Source of the DNA: Haliotis cracherodii
Lineage: Eukaryota
NCBI RefSeq assembly: GCF_022045235.1
Contig: NW_027266286.1
Location: forward strand, 47,430,001 to 47,494,000
Direction of reading: 5' to 3'
DNA: 64,000 bases
Shown: positions 50,827 to 64,000 of the stretch, piece by piece
Numbering within the stretch: the first letter of the stretch is position 1
How the letters are laid out: each line of letters begins with the position of its first letter
The notes under the pieces: model-generated
Seen by the model: the letters and a program-made list of their open reading frames with translations, nothing else
What the model was told of the DNA's origin: nothing
Database searches by the model: none
Made by a program: the position numbers and the translations under genes

Positions 50827-52418
50827 ATCACCTGACCGAAGGCTATAAAATCATAAAAGGAAATATGGGGGCGGGGAAGTGATTATGGGCCGAGGACTGA
50901 TTATGCATGAAATATTTCACCAGACAGGACTCCTTCTTGACAACTCAAATGATCATTTAGCAGTTCCCATTGAGGTCCAAATACCTTTCTAATATTGCTG
51001 ACCCAGCTATTTACTGACTACTATGTCCTTGATAGGATTGACAATTGGTCAAAATGGACGACATTTTCCCAGGGAGGTTGTACAAGTAGAGATCTTGTGT
51101 GGGACCAAACAGGCCAGAATAAACTCATTCAGGTCCAACACAAGCCTCCAGATGTACATTTCCACGCTGAATGTCATTCAATTACCTGTCCCATAGAAGC
51201 AGTCTGTCTATGTAGCAGTGGAGTGGTTGCATATCAAGGTAGATAATGTACACAGTTTGTACCAACACTGAAGTAGTGTGAACGGCCTCTGCCCACACAG
51301 TTACAAAGGCTTGTGTTAGTGTTTTGTCAGTCACCCTTGTCGGCATGCTGTACCCTTGATTGCTGCCCTCCCCAACACCAACTCCAACCCCGAAGCCCGT
51401 CCCCCCCAGGCAAGTCCTTCACAGCAGATCCAGGTGTCATCCATGTAGAAATCCTATTTATTGAAGTGCACTTGTGTTGATTGATACTTTTGGTTACTAA
51501 TCATTTTGAATCATTGCTGTTAATCATGTACGATTGTCGTATGATAGAACTTCAATTTGTCTGTTGTGTTGGTGTTCGAGTCAGCCTGTAAGCCATTTGG
51601 TCTTTTTTTCCCCCGCATATCAGGAAATTTGATCTTTTTGTATTCTATTTTTTGTGTTATTTGGTTTGTAACTTCAGGAAGCTGGTCCCTTTAGGGATTC
51701 TGGTGCTAATAAGGTGCCCTGTTTCCCAGGATGGAGTGGACTTTGTTTAATATGAGGTCATGGAGGTGACAGAGTTGTGTTATAGTACAGGTTGTTTCAT
51801 GTGGACAGATGTATTCAGTGATACCTTGTTCATCCAGACATTACCGTTTCCATTGAAATCATCTTGATTAACAAATCTATGGATTAAAGGAATTGGTGAT
51901 ACAGAATAATGTTCTTGTGGATATTTAGTGTGTTCCGGGCAAGATGATCTGTTAGGTGAGATTTGTGGACGAACAGGGTCACTGGAGATTGGATGATACT
52001 TTGTGGGAATGGGTGATCACATTGGAAAACCGTCCCCAGATATATACTGGTTGGTCTACATCTAGTATACCATCAAACCACCTGAATCTGGACATGTCAT
52101 TTGGTCCTTAGAACTGGAATTTGGACTGCATCCACAGGGTTAGAAACTAACAGTTTTTGTCCACTAGTCCTTATAATGATAACATATAGCAAAACCCTTA
52201 AAATAGGCCAATTTCTACTCATCCTTTGGATACCTTTCCTATTGGGCAGTTTGGTAAGGACTACAGGACTAGTGCCAATTTCTAACGCTGATCCATATTA
52301 AACAAACCCCGAAACAGGTCATATCCTGTGTTGCCTAGTTATATCTTGATTCACTCACTCACTCACACAATCAATCACTCGAAGGTAAATTTATGTATGA
52401 CCTCCATTGTCTTCTAGT

Positions 52419-52592
52419 GGGGTGGTGGGGTAGACTAGTGGTTAAAGCGTTCACTCATCACTCCAAAGACCCGGGTTCGATTTCTCCACATGGGTACAAT
52501 GTGTGAACCCCATTTCTGTTGTCCCCCACCATGATATTGCTGGAATGTTGCTAAAAGGGACAAAAAAACATACTCACTCACTCACTCACTCC
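52419..52592 (+). mobile_element. Family 2 SINE
   Basis: A and B boxes, (ACTC)n tail, flanking tctagtg repeat. Confidence 0.88.
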
Positions 52593-55373
52593 TCTAGTGA
52601 TCTGTGTTACAGCCTGCAAATTTAGCTTCTGGTGCCTAAAGCCCTAGTAGCCTAAAAGTCTGTTAGTACTACTAATCCATAACACTAAAATCTACAAAAA
52701 AAGATGTTGGAGCCATGTTCAGGCTACTAGACTCTAAAGTGTAATAATTACTGGGTTTGATGTTGAACTGACAGCTGGCTAATTTGTGATATGGTTGCCA
52801 TGGACACTCTATGTTGTTTACACATTGACCATGTAGTTTGAACAGAACTTTAACTGGTTGTTATATTTCGGAAACTGTCATAAATGTTGTTCACACATTG
52901 GGGCCAACTTGACCTGTGGTTCTCACTTAAGATATTGATCAACACACTTGACTAGGAAAAACGTCTGTTCAAAATAACAGCCTGTTTGTTGTGGTCAGTA
53001 ACAATTTTGCAAGACTAGTAATTCTATCCAATCTCTCTCATTATTATGCTCTGGGTGTAAACATTGATTACAAATTAAAGATATCAAAATTATAGATATG
53101 TTCACAAACTGAGTGAGTGGATGTTGCTAATAGTAGCGCCATGTTGAAGGGCGAAATGGTGTCCCAGTGTCGTGAATATGAAAACGTGTATCACTACAGC
53201 CATTGAAAGCCATTATGGGTAATTTACTTTAATCAGAGATTACCATTGAAATTTGATGTCAGATAAGACTATTAAATGGTTCCTATCCACATGGCCATTG
53301 AAAACAATACCCACCTGAAGAAACAGAATTGCCTCTTGGCTTTGCCTTGATAGTTGAGCTCATGGTGTTCGATATTAGAATCAATTGTGGAGCAATATTG
53401 TTTTGCCCATTAAACCAGAACCACTTTACCAATGAAGCTGAAACATCAAATGCTGACGTGCTGATGTCTGAAAATTTGTTTACGGGTTTGAATCTGTTTT
53501 TCAATATGGCCGCCATGGCAACTTTGTTGACATTATAAACAGTTGACTACATACACAGGTGAGTGCTACAGTGCTATGACACTAGGTGTTTGTATTTTCT
53601 TAAAAAGATCCAAACTGGCACCGAAAATAATATTAGGAAGGAATATCATAACCCCAGCATTTCTGAATGAATATAAAGTGAAATCATCGATCAAACTCCT
53701 TGTAAGACAATATCGTTTTATGGTCCCAGCAGAAACTTTGTCACTGATGTCAAATATCTGTCCTCTCTTGTCTACAAGTACAGATAACGTGACATATATT
53801 CAATAGTTGAGGGTATTCATGTTTCTCTGCCACTGACAGAGTGTGCCTCCTCTTTGTGCAGCCGACCAGCAGTGCACCCACCAACCTCCCACCAGAGGGT
53901 CCTTTGTTCAACATTACGCTGTTTATGTTTCACAGATTTAAGGCAAAAATGCTGACAGTTTAAATTCCTGTTCAGCCGAGTGTGAATATAGCCTTGCAAG
54001 CTCTTCTCCATCTTGGGGGACTCGCCCGGTGTGCTCCCACACATTCTCAGCTGATGCTGGCCACTTGAGGAGGAGGAGGGTGAAGGGCTAATCTGGCCAA
54101 TTCTCAGGGGTCATCCGTAATCTGCCCCTGACCACCAGCTAATATAAATACCGTTTTCCTGACACATTATAGACGTCTTGTCATGTAATTGAAATTCCGG
54201 GGTAGCGTGTGTCTTTGCTGGACATGGGATCAGTGTTTATTTACACTGGGTCTCCACACTGTCACAGAGATGTGTTATTATCCGTCCCGACCGTTGTTGA
54301 CTGTCATTAATATTACATTTAGCCACAAAACCTTCATTTTAGTCCCCTCATCTACCATGCTGGTCCTCCCCGTAAACACATCCTTGGATAAGTTTTCTTG
54401 TAAGTGGCCTATTTTTTTCATTAAAGTATTAAGAAAATCTCACTTTTACCATCACTGTGTTTGACCTCTTGACTACAACTTGAACCCGTGTGATGGGTAA
54501 AGTATAATTGAAAGGCTGGAATTATGGGGTAATCTTCTGTATGTACATGTATAACAACCAGTTATAGTATATGATTTCTAGTTCCTGTATATGATTTCAT
54601 ATACCACTGTGTTAATGGCTATGGGAACACTGTTTGAAAATATGGAGGTCGGTTGATCTATTAGCCTTAGACGCCTCGTCATCTGAGATGTTGTGGATAC
54701 AGTGGCAGAGCTATCAATAAGAACATCAAGACATGTCATTTCCTGTGTTTCATGGGGATATTATAAACTGAAGGCAGATGAAGTGATTATTGTGAGAATC
54801 TAATTGAATCTCTTTATGTTGAACAGGGAGCGCTGAACGCTAAATCAAGGGCTCTCTGTTTACAAGTGGGATGTATGAATGGGAAGCATTGTGGGGTGTA
54901 TGTGAAAGAAGTTTACCTACGGAGAAACACATATTTATTACCCATCGAGGTGGATGTTGGGGGAACTGAAATTTGCTGAGAAATAAGATTTGGTTTGATG
55001 GTCGTCATTTCAATTATGCCTACTGTGCCATTATTCCTGTTTGTAAAGTGTTCTACTGACGGAGATGTCATACCTGGATGATGTCACAGGGAGTTCATGT
55101 TTATGGCCTCTGTTGCTCATGTCACAAGATGTTATGTGACAAAATTAGAATAAAATCTTAGCGAAGGCAATGTCACTGTATTGACAAACTAATTTTGAAT
55201 TATTTTGGGGGAGATAGAAGAGGACTGTGGGTACAGGGTAGATGGACTCCGCAATTCTTTATCAAAATTACGGATTATCTGTTCCTTGTGAATTAATTAT
55301 GAAAATTAATGTTAAATTTAAATGTTAACAGAAAATCATTTATTTGAGATGGGTAATCTGTTTTTCCTCAGAG

Positions 55374-55536
55374 GGGCCAGTCTGGTAGCCCAGTGGTTAA
55401 AGCGTTCGCTCGTCACACCGAAGAACCGGGTTCGATTCCCAACATGGGTACAAAGTGTGAAGCCTATTTCTGGTGTCCCCCGCCGTGATATTGCTGGAAT
55501 ATTGCTTAAGCGGCATAAAACCATACTCACTCACAA
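55374..55536 (+). mobile_element. Family 2 SINE
   Basis: 12-bp TSD ttttcctcagag (55362-55373, 55537-55548). Confidence 0.93.
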
Positions 55537-56213
55537 TTTTCCTCAGAGTTTGCAAGTTCTTCTCTATGCAGTGTTCAAATTCAACAAGAAAGTCAGGGGT
55601 CCTAAAAACCCTTATGTAACAGCTACCAGTCAGGTTTAGGAATCCATAGGTTCAGATTCTGTAGAAGAAGACCTTGAGGAAACTAGGAGTCCCTTAATTT
55701 AAGTCTGTGTGTCATGGAAGTGGATGATATGGGCCACTTATAGGCCATGGGAAATGCACCATACAATCTCTCCTCAAAAATTTATCATGGTGTTCTGAAT
55801 TGCTGCTGTCTGCAATTCACCCTCTGCTATCTGTCCACACGTTATTGTCTATATAGTGACACAACATTGGCGGCCATATAACAGGTTCCAAGTTCCTCCA
55901 GTACTGTACCCTCTAGATTCTTTATCAAGATAGAAGTGTCAAATTAGCGGTTACAAAAAATCTCCAGTGGTTTGTAATTCCCCTCATAACACTAATACCT
56001 GTGGGAAAGTTGAAAACATATTGTAGCCACGACTATACCAGGAAGACTAATCACCTCCCTGTAGCACAAATACCCTGATGCAGTCACCCTCGATTGCCCT
56101 TATTCCTGGTGAGGACTGCTTGTTGGTCAATTTGGTGTCAGGGGATAGGGAGGGTTACCGGGTTAGCTGACCATCCCCATTCACCATCCTGTCCCTTTGT
56201 CTCCAGCATTCCA

Positions 56214-57214
56214 GCCTCACCCCAACAGACTGTTTGACTTGTCAGGCCCTCACCCCCACAGACTGATTGACTTGTCAGGCCCTCACCCCAACAGACTGAT
56301 TGACTTATCAGGCCCTCACCCCCCACAGACTGATTGACTTATCAGGCCCTCACCCCCATAGACTGATTGACTTATCAGGCCCTCACCCCCACAGACTGAT
56401 TGACTTGTCAGGCCCTGACCCCATAGACTGATTGACTTATCCGGCCCTCACCCCCCACAGACTGATTGACTTGCCAGGCCCTCACCCCCACAGACTGATT
56501 GACTTGTCAGGCCCTCACCTCATAGACTGATTTACTTGTCAGGCCCTCACCCCATAGACTGATTGACTTATCCGGCCCTCACCCCCCACAGACTGATTGA
56601 CTCGCCAGGCCCTCACCCCCACAGGCTGATTGACTTATCAGGCCCTCACCCCCATAGACTGATTGACTTATCAGGCCCTCACCCCCATAGACTGATTTAC
56701 TTATCAGGCCCTCACGCTACCGACTGATTAACTTATCAGGCCCTCACCCCCACAGACTGATTGACTTATCAGGCCCTCACCCCCCACAGACTGATTGACT
56801 TATCAGGCCCTCACCCCCACAGACTGATTGACTTATCAGGCCCTCACCCCCACAGACTGATTGACTTATCAGGCCCTTACCCCACAGACTGATTGACTTA
56901 TCAGGCCCTCACCCCCAAAGACTGATTGACTTATCAGGCCCTCACCCCCACAGACTGATTGACGTATCAGGCCCTCACCCCATAGACTGATTGACTTATC
57001 AGGCCCTCACCCCCACAGACTGATTGACGTATCAGGCCCTCACCCCATAGACTGATTGACTTATCAGGCCCTCACCCCCACAGACTGATTGACTTATCAG
57101 GCCCTCACCCCATAGACTGATTGACTTATCAGGCCCTCACCCCCACAGACTGATTGACTTATCAGGCCCCCACCCCCACAGACTGATTGACTTATCAGGC
57201 CCTCACCCCCACAG
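56214..57214. repeat. Minisatellite, ~33-bp unit x~30
   Basis: cagactgattgacttatcaggccctcaccccca with variable C-run. Confidence 0.96.
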
Positions 57215-57744
57215 AAAGCTTGGGTTATCAAGCCTCATAAGAAATTCCGGTATAGTTTAATCCTCAAGTAGTCTTACAATAGATATCAATCTATTTTCTA
57301 AATCTTTCACTCCTTCCCAACCAGTGTTGGTTCAGGACATATTACATGGAACAAGTGGGGTGGGGGTTTGGGGGAAGGGGCGATGTATCCATCAGGCACA
57401 CTGAGGGACGTTCCCAGGATAGTTGTGTTGATGGGGATGAGTATGACTAAGTCAGTGTTTCGCACACCCTATACTTATATCTGGGGCATTATCTTGCATG
57501 CTTTAGTAGACTCCTGTAGGCTTTCAGTGTATTCTGGAGAGATTCTATGCCCTCTGTAGCCTGAAAGGATCTATGCATGTTATCTTTAGATACCAAAATA
57601 TTCCGCTTTGTTAGATTTGTAGTGGTTGAAAAATCTTCTGAATAATGTTTTCCAATAGATTTCTGGATTTAAAAGATGTCTCATACTGGCTTTAGCTTTG
57701 TTATAAAAGATGTAACTGCATGTGTGTGACACAGTATATTGCAT

Positions 57745-58762
57745 CACAACATGTCATCCTTGTATCCCGGTGTGTATTGCATCGTAACATGTGTCTCGGT
57801 CAGTGATGCAGACTGATCCTTGTATCCCGGTGTGAATTGCATTGTAACATGTGTCTCGGTCAGTGATGCAGACTGATCCTTGTATCCCGGTGTGTACTGC
57901 ATTGTAACATGTCTCTCAGGCAATAATGCAGAGGGATCCTTGTATCCCGGTGTGTACTGCATTGTAACATGTCTCTCAGGCAATAATGCAGAGGGATCCT
58001 TGTATCCCGGTGTGTACTGCATTGTAACATGTCTCTCAGGCAATAATGCAGAGGGATCCTTGTATCCCGGTGTGTACTGCATTGTAACATGTCTCTCAGG
58101 CAACAATAATGCAGAGGGATCCTTGTATCCCGGTGTGTACTGCATTGTAACATGTCTCTCAGGCAATAATGCAGAGGGATCCTTGTATCCCGGTGTGTAC
58201 TGCATTGTAACATGTCTCTCAGGCAATAATGCAGGGGGATCCTTGTATCCCGGTGTGTACTGCATTGTAACATGTCTCTCAGGCAATAATGCAGATTGAT
58301 CCTTGTATCCCGGTGTGTACTGCATTGTAACATGTCTCTCAGGCAATAATGCAGAGGGATCCTTGTATCCCGGTGTGTACTGCATTGTAACATGTATCTC
58401 GGTCAGTGATGCAGATTGATCCTTGTATCCCGGTGTGTACTGCATTGTACCATGTCTCTCAGGCAATAATGCAGGGGGACCCTTGTATCCCGGTGTGTAC
58501 TGCATCGTAACATGTATCTCGGTCAGTGATGCAGACTGATCCTTGTATCCCAGTGTGTACTGCATCGTAACATGTGTCTCGGTCAGTGATGCAGAGTGAT
58601 CCTTGTATCCTGGTGTGTACTGCATCGTAACATGTGTCTCGGTCAGTGATGCAGAGTGATCCTTGTATCACAATGGCTATTGCATCACAATGTGTGTACC
58701 TCAGCCAGTAATGCATTGTGACCCTTGTGTCACAGGGTGTATTGCATCACAACCCTTATATC
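57745..58762. repeat. Minisatellite, 60-bp unit x~15 plus degenerate edges
   Basis: atccttgtatcccggtgtgtactgcattgtaacatgtctctcaggcaataatgcagaggg; a second variant (cggtcagtgatgcag) dominates both ends. Confidence 0.96.
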
Positions 58763-58824
58763 CTAGTGACCCACATAATAGTGAATAAGATGTTTGATGA
58801 GGATTATTAAGCCATAGATGAGAT

Positions 58825-59612
58825 GAAGTTGACGATGTAGGCAATGATATTGATGCTGTAGTTGATGATGTAGGCAATGATATTGATGCTGTAGTTGACG
58901 ATGTAGGCAATGATATTGATGCTGAAGTTGACGATGTAGGCAATGATATTGATGCTGTAGTTGGTGATGTAGGCAATGATATTGATGCTGAAGTTGACGA
59001 TGTAGGCAATGATATTGATGCTGTAGTTGACAATGTAGGCAATGATATTGATTCTGAAGTTGGTGATGTAGGCAATGATATTGATGCTGTAGTTGATGAT
59101 GTAGGCAATGATATTGATACTGTAGTTGACGATGTAGGCAATGATATTGATACTGTAGTTGACGATGTAGGCAATGATATTGATGCTGTAGTTGACGATG
59201 TAGGCAATGGTATTGATGCTGTAGTTGACAATGTAGGCAATGATATTGATACTGTAGTTGACGATGTAGGCAATGATATTGATACTGTAGTTGACGATGT
59301 AGGCAATGATATTGATGCTGTAGTTGACAATGTAGGCAATGATATTGATACTGTAGTTGACGATGTAGGCAATGATATTGATGCTGTAGTTGACGATGTA
59401 GGCAATGATATTGATGCTGTAGTTGACAATGTAGGCAATGATATTGATACTGTAGTTGACGATGTAGGCAATGATATTGATGCTGTAGTTGACGATGTAG
59501 GCAATGGTATTGATTCTGAAGTTGATGATGATGTTGCAGGTAATGTCGGTGATGATTATGATGATGATGATGATGATGATGCAGGTACTGTCATTGATGA
59601 TGATGATGATGT
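58825..59612. repeat. Minisatellite, 33-bp unit x~21, grading into (GAT)n
   Basis: gttgacgatgtaggcaatgatattgatgctgta. Confidence 0.95.
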
Positions 59613-61391
59613 AGAAGATACTGTTGATAATCACAATTATCTGGGAGACAATCATACAGTATAATAACATACCCTACTCAGATGATTGTTTGATGAATAA
59701 GCAATTTTCATTATTAGGACCATATTCATCTGATACCTTTGTAAATCTTTTTTTATCAGCCACTGAGACAAAGTGCCAAGTTCCTGTGCACCAGATCACA
59801 TAACACAGGCCATGACACGACCTATCTCTCATAATACAGTATAGCTTAATGCTCCTCTTCTTAGAGAAAGACTATTTTAATACTTTTCTGGACTGAATGG
59901 AGATAAACTTTCCCACGGCTTTGTATAGGTAACTGGAAGAAAGAGATTCACTGTGTACCTTGTAAGGATGACTTGCTTCATCGCCAGTGCCTCATCTGTC
60001 AGCTACACGTTTGTATATCGTCTGCACTCTAAACAGAAGCCTTTTGGAATTTCCACCATTTTGATTAAACAGTTATATGATCATGAGAAGACAGGAGTAA
60101 TAGTAAGGGCGATTAAGGGTGTTCCAGGGACTTAAACACTCAATTAATATTGGACTTGACAGTGTCTCTATGTCATTGAGGAGTTAAGTGTTTGATAATG
60201 TTTGGTGACACTGTGTGTTAATAGCTCACCTGGACTGGGGGTCCTGAGCGTTCATTGTGATGTATGCTGCTCCATCAAGCAATGTTTGAGTTGAACGTTT
60301 TATTTCTTTCAACACCACAGGTTCTGAAATGTCTGAATGATCACAGAAGTAGTTCCAATGGTGTGGTTTTGTTTATGTCAGATTTTCAAATAGTTTACAG
60401 TTATGAGGCTTCACCTTGTGAGAAGGCAGGAGCAGAATGATTAACAGTGAGGCCTCACATAGTGGGATGCAAGGCAGGAAGGGGCCGTTAGCTGTTGTAA
60501 AGGGACAAAAACCCTGCATAGGTGGTTGCTATTGTTTGGAATCGATTACTCTATAAGACAACAGTTTTGAGACCTTATCTTTGAGGTATAAGGGAAAGAA
60601 CAGGGCATGGGTATCTGTTTTGTGTATGAGGTCCATTGGATGGCATTTGGTAGTAACAAATGCTGTTCAGTGGGGATTCTGCCCATCGTTTTAGGGAAGT
60701 ATGTCCCTCGTACACAGTGCTTGTCATGTGTAAAATGTGGATGGGTTGGTTACTTGACTGATTGTGTGTCCTCTTAGTTGATGACAAGAATTGTTGCCGA
60801 TATTATCAACCACTGGTTTGCCTAACCATGTCATGAGTCTTGACTGCTTAGTAAATCAATATTCACTCACTTGCAATGGCTGGTTTTAGCATGGGTAGCT
60901 ACCCAACAACATCTCAGTTATTTCCAGCGATCTCAGCTGACACATCATACTGGAACGGCCACGGGTGAAATGTTACGAGCACATCCACAAGTGTGCCCAG
61001 ACATCATCATTATTCAGCAAGTGCTGAGGAAACTAAGTCCTGGTTTTACCTGTTATGACTGTTTGTCTTCTCCAAGAGGATTGATATAGTAAGCAAGATG
61101 GGCACATTGTAATCTTGCCACCTACAGTGTACAACCATCTTCACTGTCATTCATTAGCTTCACAATCTGCAGGGTTTCAGATCATCTTCTTGTCTTGGAC
61201 ATTGACTGTCATCCAAAATGTCCTGACTGTTTGTTTCAAATTAGGTAATGATACAGAAGAAGTTGATAAAATCATGAAAATGTCCTGATGCTGTTTGTCT
61301 TCAGCAATATTGCTTCATTCATGGTCCATGCCTAAAAGAATTACTGCTCAGCATGTGTAAATGCTGCCCAGCAGGCTGAAAATCACTGCTC

Positions 61392-61662
61392 GACCCCTGA
61401 AGATCCGGGGTAGAATAGGTCTTCAGCAACCCATGCTTGCCGTAAAAGGCAACTATGCTTGTCGTAAAAGGCTACTAACGGAATCGGGTGGTCAGGCCCT
61501 CTGACTTGGTTGATGCACGGTCATCGATCCCAACTGCGTGGATCCATGCTCATGATATCAATCACTGGATTGTCTGGTCCAGACTCGATTATTTACAGAC
61601 CGCCGTCATATAGCTGGAATATTGCTGAGTGCGGCGTTAAACAACAAACCAACCAACCAATC
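61392..61662 (+). mobile_element. Family 1 retroposon, full length
   Basis: Starts gacccctgaag; TSD atcactgctc; (AACC)n tail. Confidence 0.92.
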
Positions 61663-61875
61663 ATCACTGCTCAGTCTTTAAACAGTTTATGACTATCCAA
61701 TTTTTATATTAGGCCCCATCCAGAAGTACTTTGTTCCTTGTTGCAGGCTATTGGCCATCATATCTATCTTTGATGTTTAAAAAGAAAAGGTAAAATGTGA
61801 AACACTTAATAAAAATGTTTCAATGTCCATTGGTGCCAGCCAAGTGCTTTCAGTGACTGTGATTCTCTGTTGCAG

Positions 61876-62057
61876 ATGATGAGGAAGATCTGACCTTGAC
61901 TGAGGATCAGGTAGTGGATGGTCGGATTGCAGTCAGCGAGGCACAGGTCGTGGACTCGGGGCAGGTCATGTCAGAGGTCATACATATTCAGCGCCAGGAA
62001 GAGGAGATGGAGGAGTCTGAGATGGAGTCCGAGGGGATCATGACGATGGCAGAATGA
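61876..62057 (+). CDS. Zinc-finger gene terminal coding exon G: (D)DEEDLTLTEDQVVDGRIAVSEAQVVDSGQVMSEVIHIQRQEEEMEESEMESEGIMTMAE*
   Basis: Acceptor tctctgttgcag; phase 1 matches exon F; acidic composition continues exon F (VDGRIAV echoes IDGQQIAV); ends in TGA. Additional symmetric exons in the 26.8 kb intron cannot be excluded. Confidence 0.8.
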
Positions 62058-62421
62058 CCCACTGAATCTTAGAAGAATTGAGGCTCAGAACATGTTCATG
62101 ACCATGACAGAAAGAGCCATTAGCATCAGAATGTCTGAATCTGTCTCTCTTTGAACACAGCAGAGTAGCCAGGAAGCTATGAATATGATTGTGCAACAGT
62201 TAGTATATGAACCAATTTGGATACTGTTTGTGGCACTGACATTTCCATGTTCTCCAGAGATCCACTTCTCTTGTGAAGTGTCACAACCTTGCCAGAATGA
62301 GCCTATGGTGCTATCACATTTATGACAATGAGATCTGCCGATCTACTTAGAATACTCATGGACATTTGCACTTTCAAGGAGAAAGAACTTGATGTCGCAG
62401 ATATTCTTTGATCCTGCAGAG

Positions 62422-62538
62422 GTCACTGACAACTTCAGGAGCTAATGATTGAGGTGACACCACCACAGAGGACTTCAGGAGCTTATGATCCTGTTGGTGT
62501 CACTGACAATTTCAGGAGCTAATGATCCTGTTGGTGTC
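62422..62538. repeat. Short imperfect triplication in the putative 3' UTR
   Basis: ttcaggagcta/tatgat recurs three times. Confidence 0.7.
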
Positions 62539-63251
62539 AGGAAAGAATTCAGTATTCTATGATGTTCATTGTTCATCAGAAGCATTTAAGTATTACATTG
62601 TTCTGGATAAGGTCACAGGACTAATATACCCTAGACAGACAAGTGGTTCAAGAATTCTCACACACTAGAACCCTGGATAGTGGGGAGATTCATAACATGC
62701 TTTGTTTACTCACTAGTCACCCTGAAATGATAGTCTGAACCTCAGGATAGTTAGAAATATTGCTATGTCTAGATGATGTCCTTCTTGACCACTCAGTCAG
62801 TGCAGATCAGTCATCCTCATTAGCTGGTGTTACAAGACAGCATAATGGCTACAATGTTCTGCAGGATTTACAGGAACTGGACAGTTATGTGCTTTTGATG
62901 TCTCCTTGTACCAGTGATGGTTGCAGTTACCATGATTCCCATTGGCATCCTCGCTTTGATACTTTGTAAAATGTCACTTATGTCACAGTCTGTAACTTTC
63001 AGCTCAGCTAGTTATAGCCACTATAGTAGAACAATTTTTGGTGAAAATATTACCAAAAGACGAGTTACATCACATGAATGAAAGCGTGTGTGAAAGGTCC
63101 AAACATATGAAGCAACAGTACAATATCAAGTCAAAAGTTTGCTTTTTAATGTCAGTGTGTCTGAACATCATGTCCTGTGTTATCAACTCTTCTGGAAAAG
63201 CATCCTGCCAAGAGATAAACAATTTCATGTTCATCATTGAACAACATACAA

Positions 63252-63257
63252 AATAAA
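63252..63257 (+). promoter_or_regulatory. Candidate polyadenylation signal AATAAA
   Basis: First AATAAA I noticed downstream of the stop codon (~1.2 kb); motif only. Confidence 0.25.
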
Positions 63258-63447
63258 AGAGGAATGTTTGTATCCCCACACACCATGGGTACGTGCATCA
63301 CATCAGATCAGCCACTAAGTATTCTTTGTGAAGCAGGCCCTAGTTCTGTATCAGCCGAATATTTGTATACACTACTCAAAAAATGTTATGGACCACCTGA
63401 TTATTTCATTCTCCTATAGTTAATCAGTCATGGCAGATGGTCCTTAA

Positions 63448-63689
63448 TCCCCTTGAAGCTCCTGGGTAGAATGAGTCTTCAGCAATCCATGCTTGCATTA
63501 AAAGGTGACTGACGAGATCAGGTGGTCGGGCTCGCTGACTTGGTTGATGCATGTCATCATATCCCAATTGCGTGGATTGATGCTCATGACATCACTGGAT
63601 TGTCTAGTCCAGACTCAATTATTTACAGACCGCCGTCATATAACTGGAATAATGCTAAGTGCAGCATGAAACAACAAAGGAACATACAA
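63448..63689 (+). mobile_element. Family 1 retroposon, single-hairpin variant, downstream of the stop codon
   Basis: 13-bp TSD agatggtccttaa (63435-63447, 63690-63702). Confidence 0.88.
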
Positions 63690-64000
63690 AGATGGTCCTT
63701 AACTGTTTTTAAATAGTATACATGCATGCAAAATAACTTGTATTGATGGTGACATTTGATGATATTTATCATTAATTTTTTATATTGGATGCATGAATCT
63801 GTTTGAGAGATACCTGCATTTCCATATACATTTCAACTGTCTTTATGTCTTTGTCATCACAGCTTGAGAATGTTGTAATAGGGGTATACATGATTTACTG
63901 AAGGTTTGATCGTACCCTTGTGCCATGGTAGAATTCTGAAAGTTTGATGCATCATGATACTTTGTGCCACGGTGTGAGTCTCAAGGTTGATGCAATGTGA

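Larger units (their letters stand above)
4165..62057 (+). other. Multi-exon C2H2 zinc-finger gene, 5'-incomplete (7 coding exons, ~391 aa in window, 9 fingers plus acidic C-terminus)
   Basis: Manual splicing: all six introns are GT..AG, phases 0,0,2,2,0,1 match at every junction, fingers split by introns are reconstituted exactly, and there is no in-frame stop until TGA at 62055-62057. Confidence 0.9.

Noticed and set aside
57744-59670. Long ORFs (293, 267, 287 aa; mucin-like PTSSTT)
   Set aside because: They are translations of 60- and 33-bp minisatellites open in several frames, with no splice or start context and no unique domain.

Overview
Eukaryotic (animal) genomic DNA, probably a gastropod or other mollusc, inferred from the SINE complement and not proven. 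The window is mostly the 3' part of one + strand, intron-rich C2H2 zinc-finger gene. Seven coding exons (4165-4340, 17614-17742, 19435-19601, 25577-25696, 29893-30049, 34845-35088, 61876-62057) splice with GT-AG sites in compatible phases into about 391 aa: nine fingers (the last C2HC) plus an acidic tail. The 5' exons are probably upstream of the window. The introns hold at least four short retroposon families, three of which share one 3' stem-loop tail. They also hold several MITEs, a DINE-1/Helentron-type element, about 19 unrelated minisatellite arrays (~15 kb, roughly a quarter of the window) and one N gap. Most long ORFs in the supplied track are repeat artefacts. The most interesting signals are: (1) the commonest retroposon has no tRNA/Pol III head and starts at a fixed GACCC position with a compact, potentially pseudoknotted, ribozyme-like module; (2) several satellites are visibly born from mobile elements (inside a hairpin MITE, from a SINE body, from a SINE tail) or overlap a splice donor.
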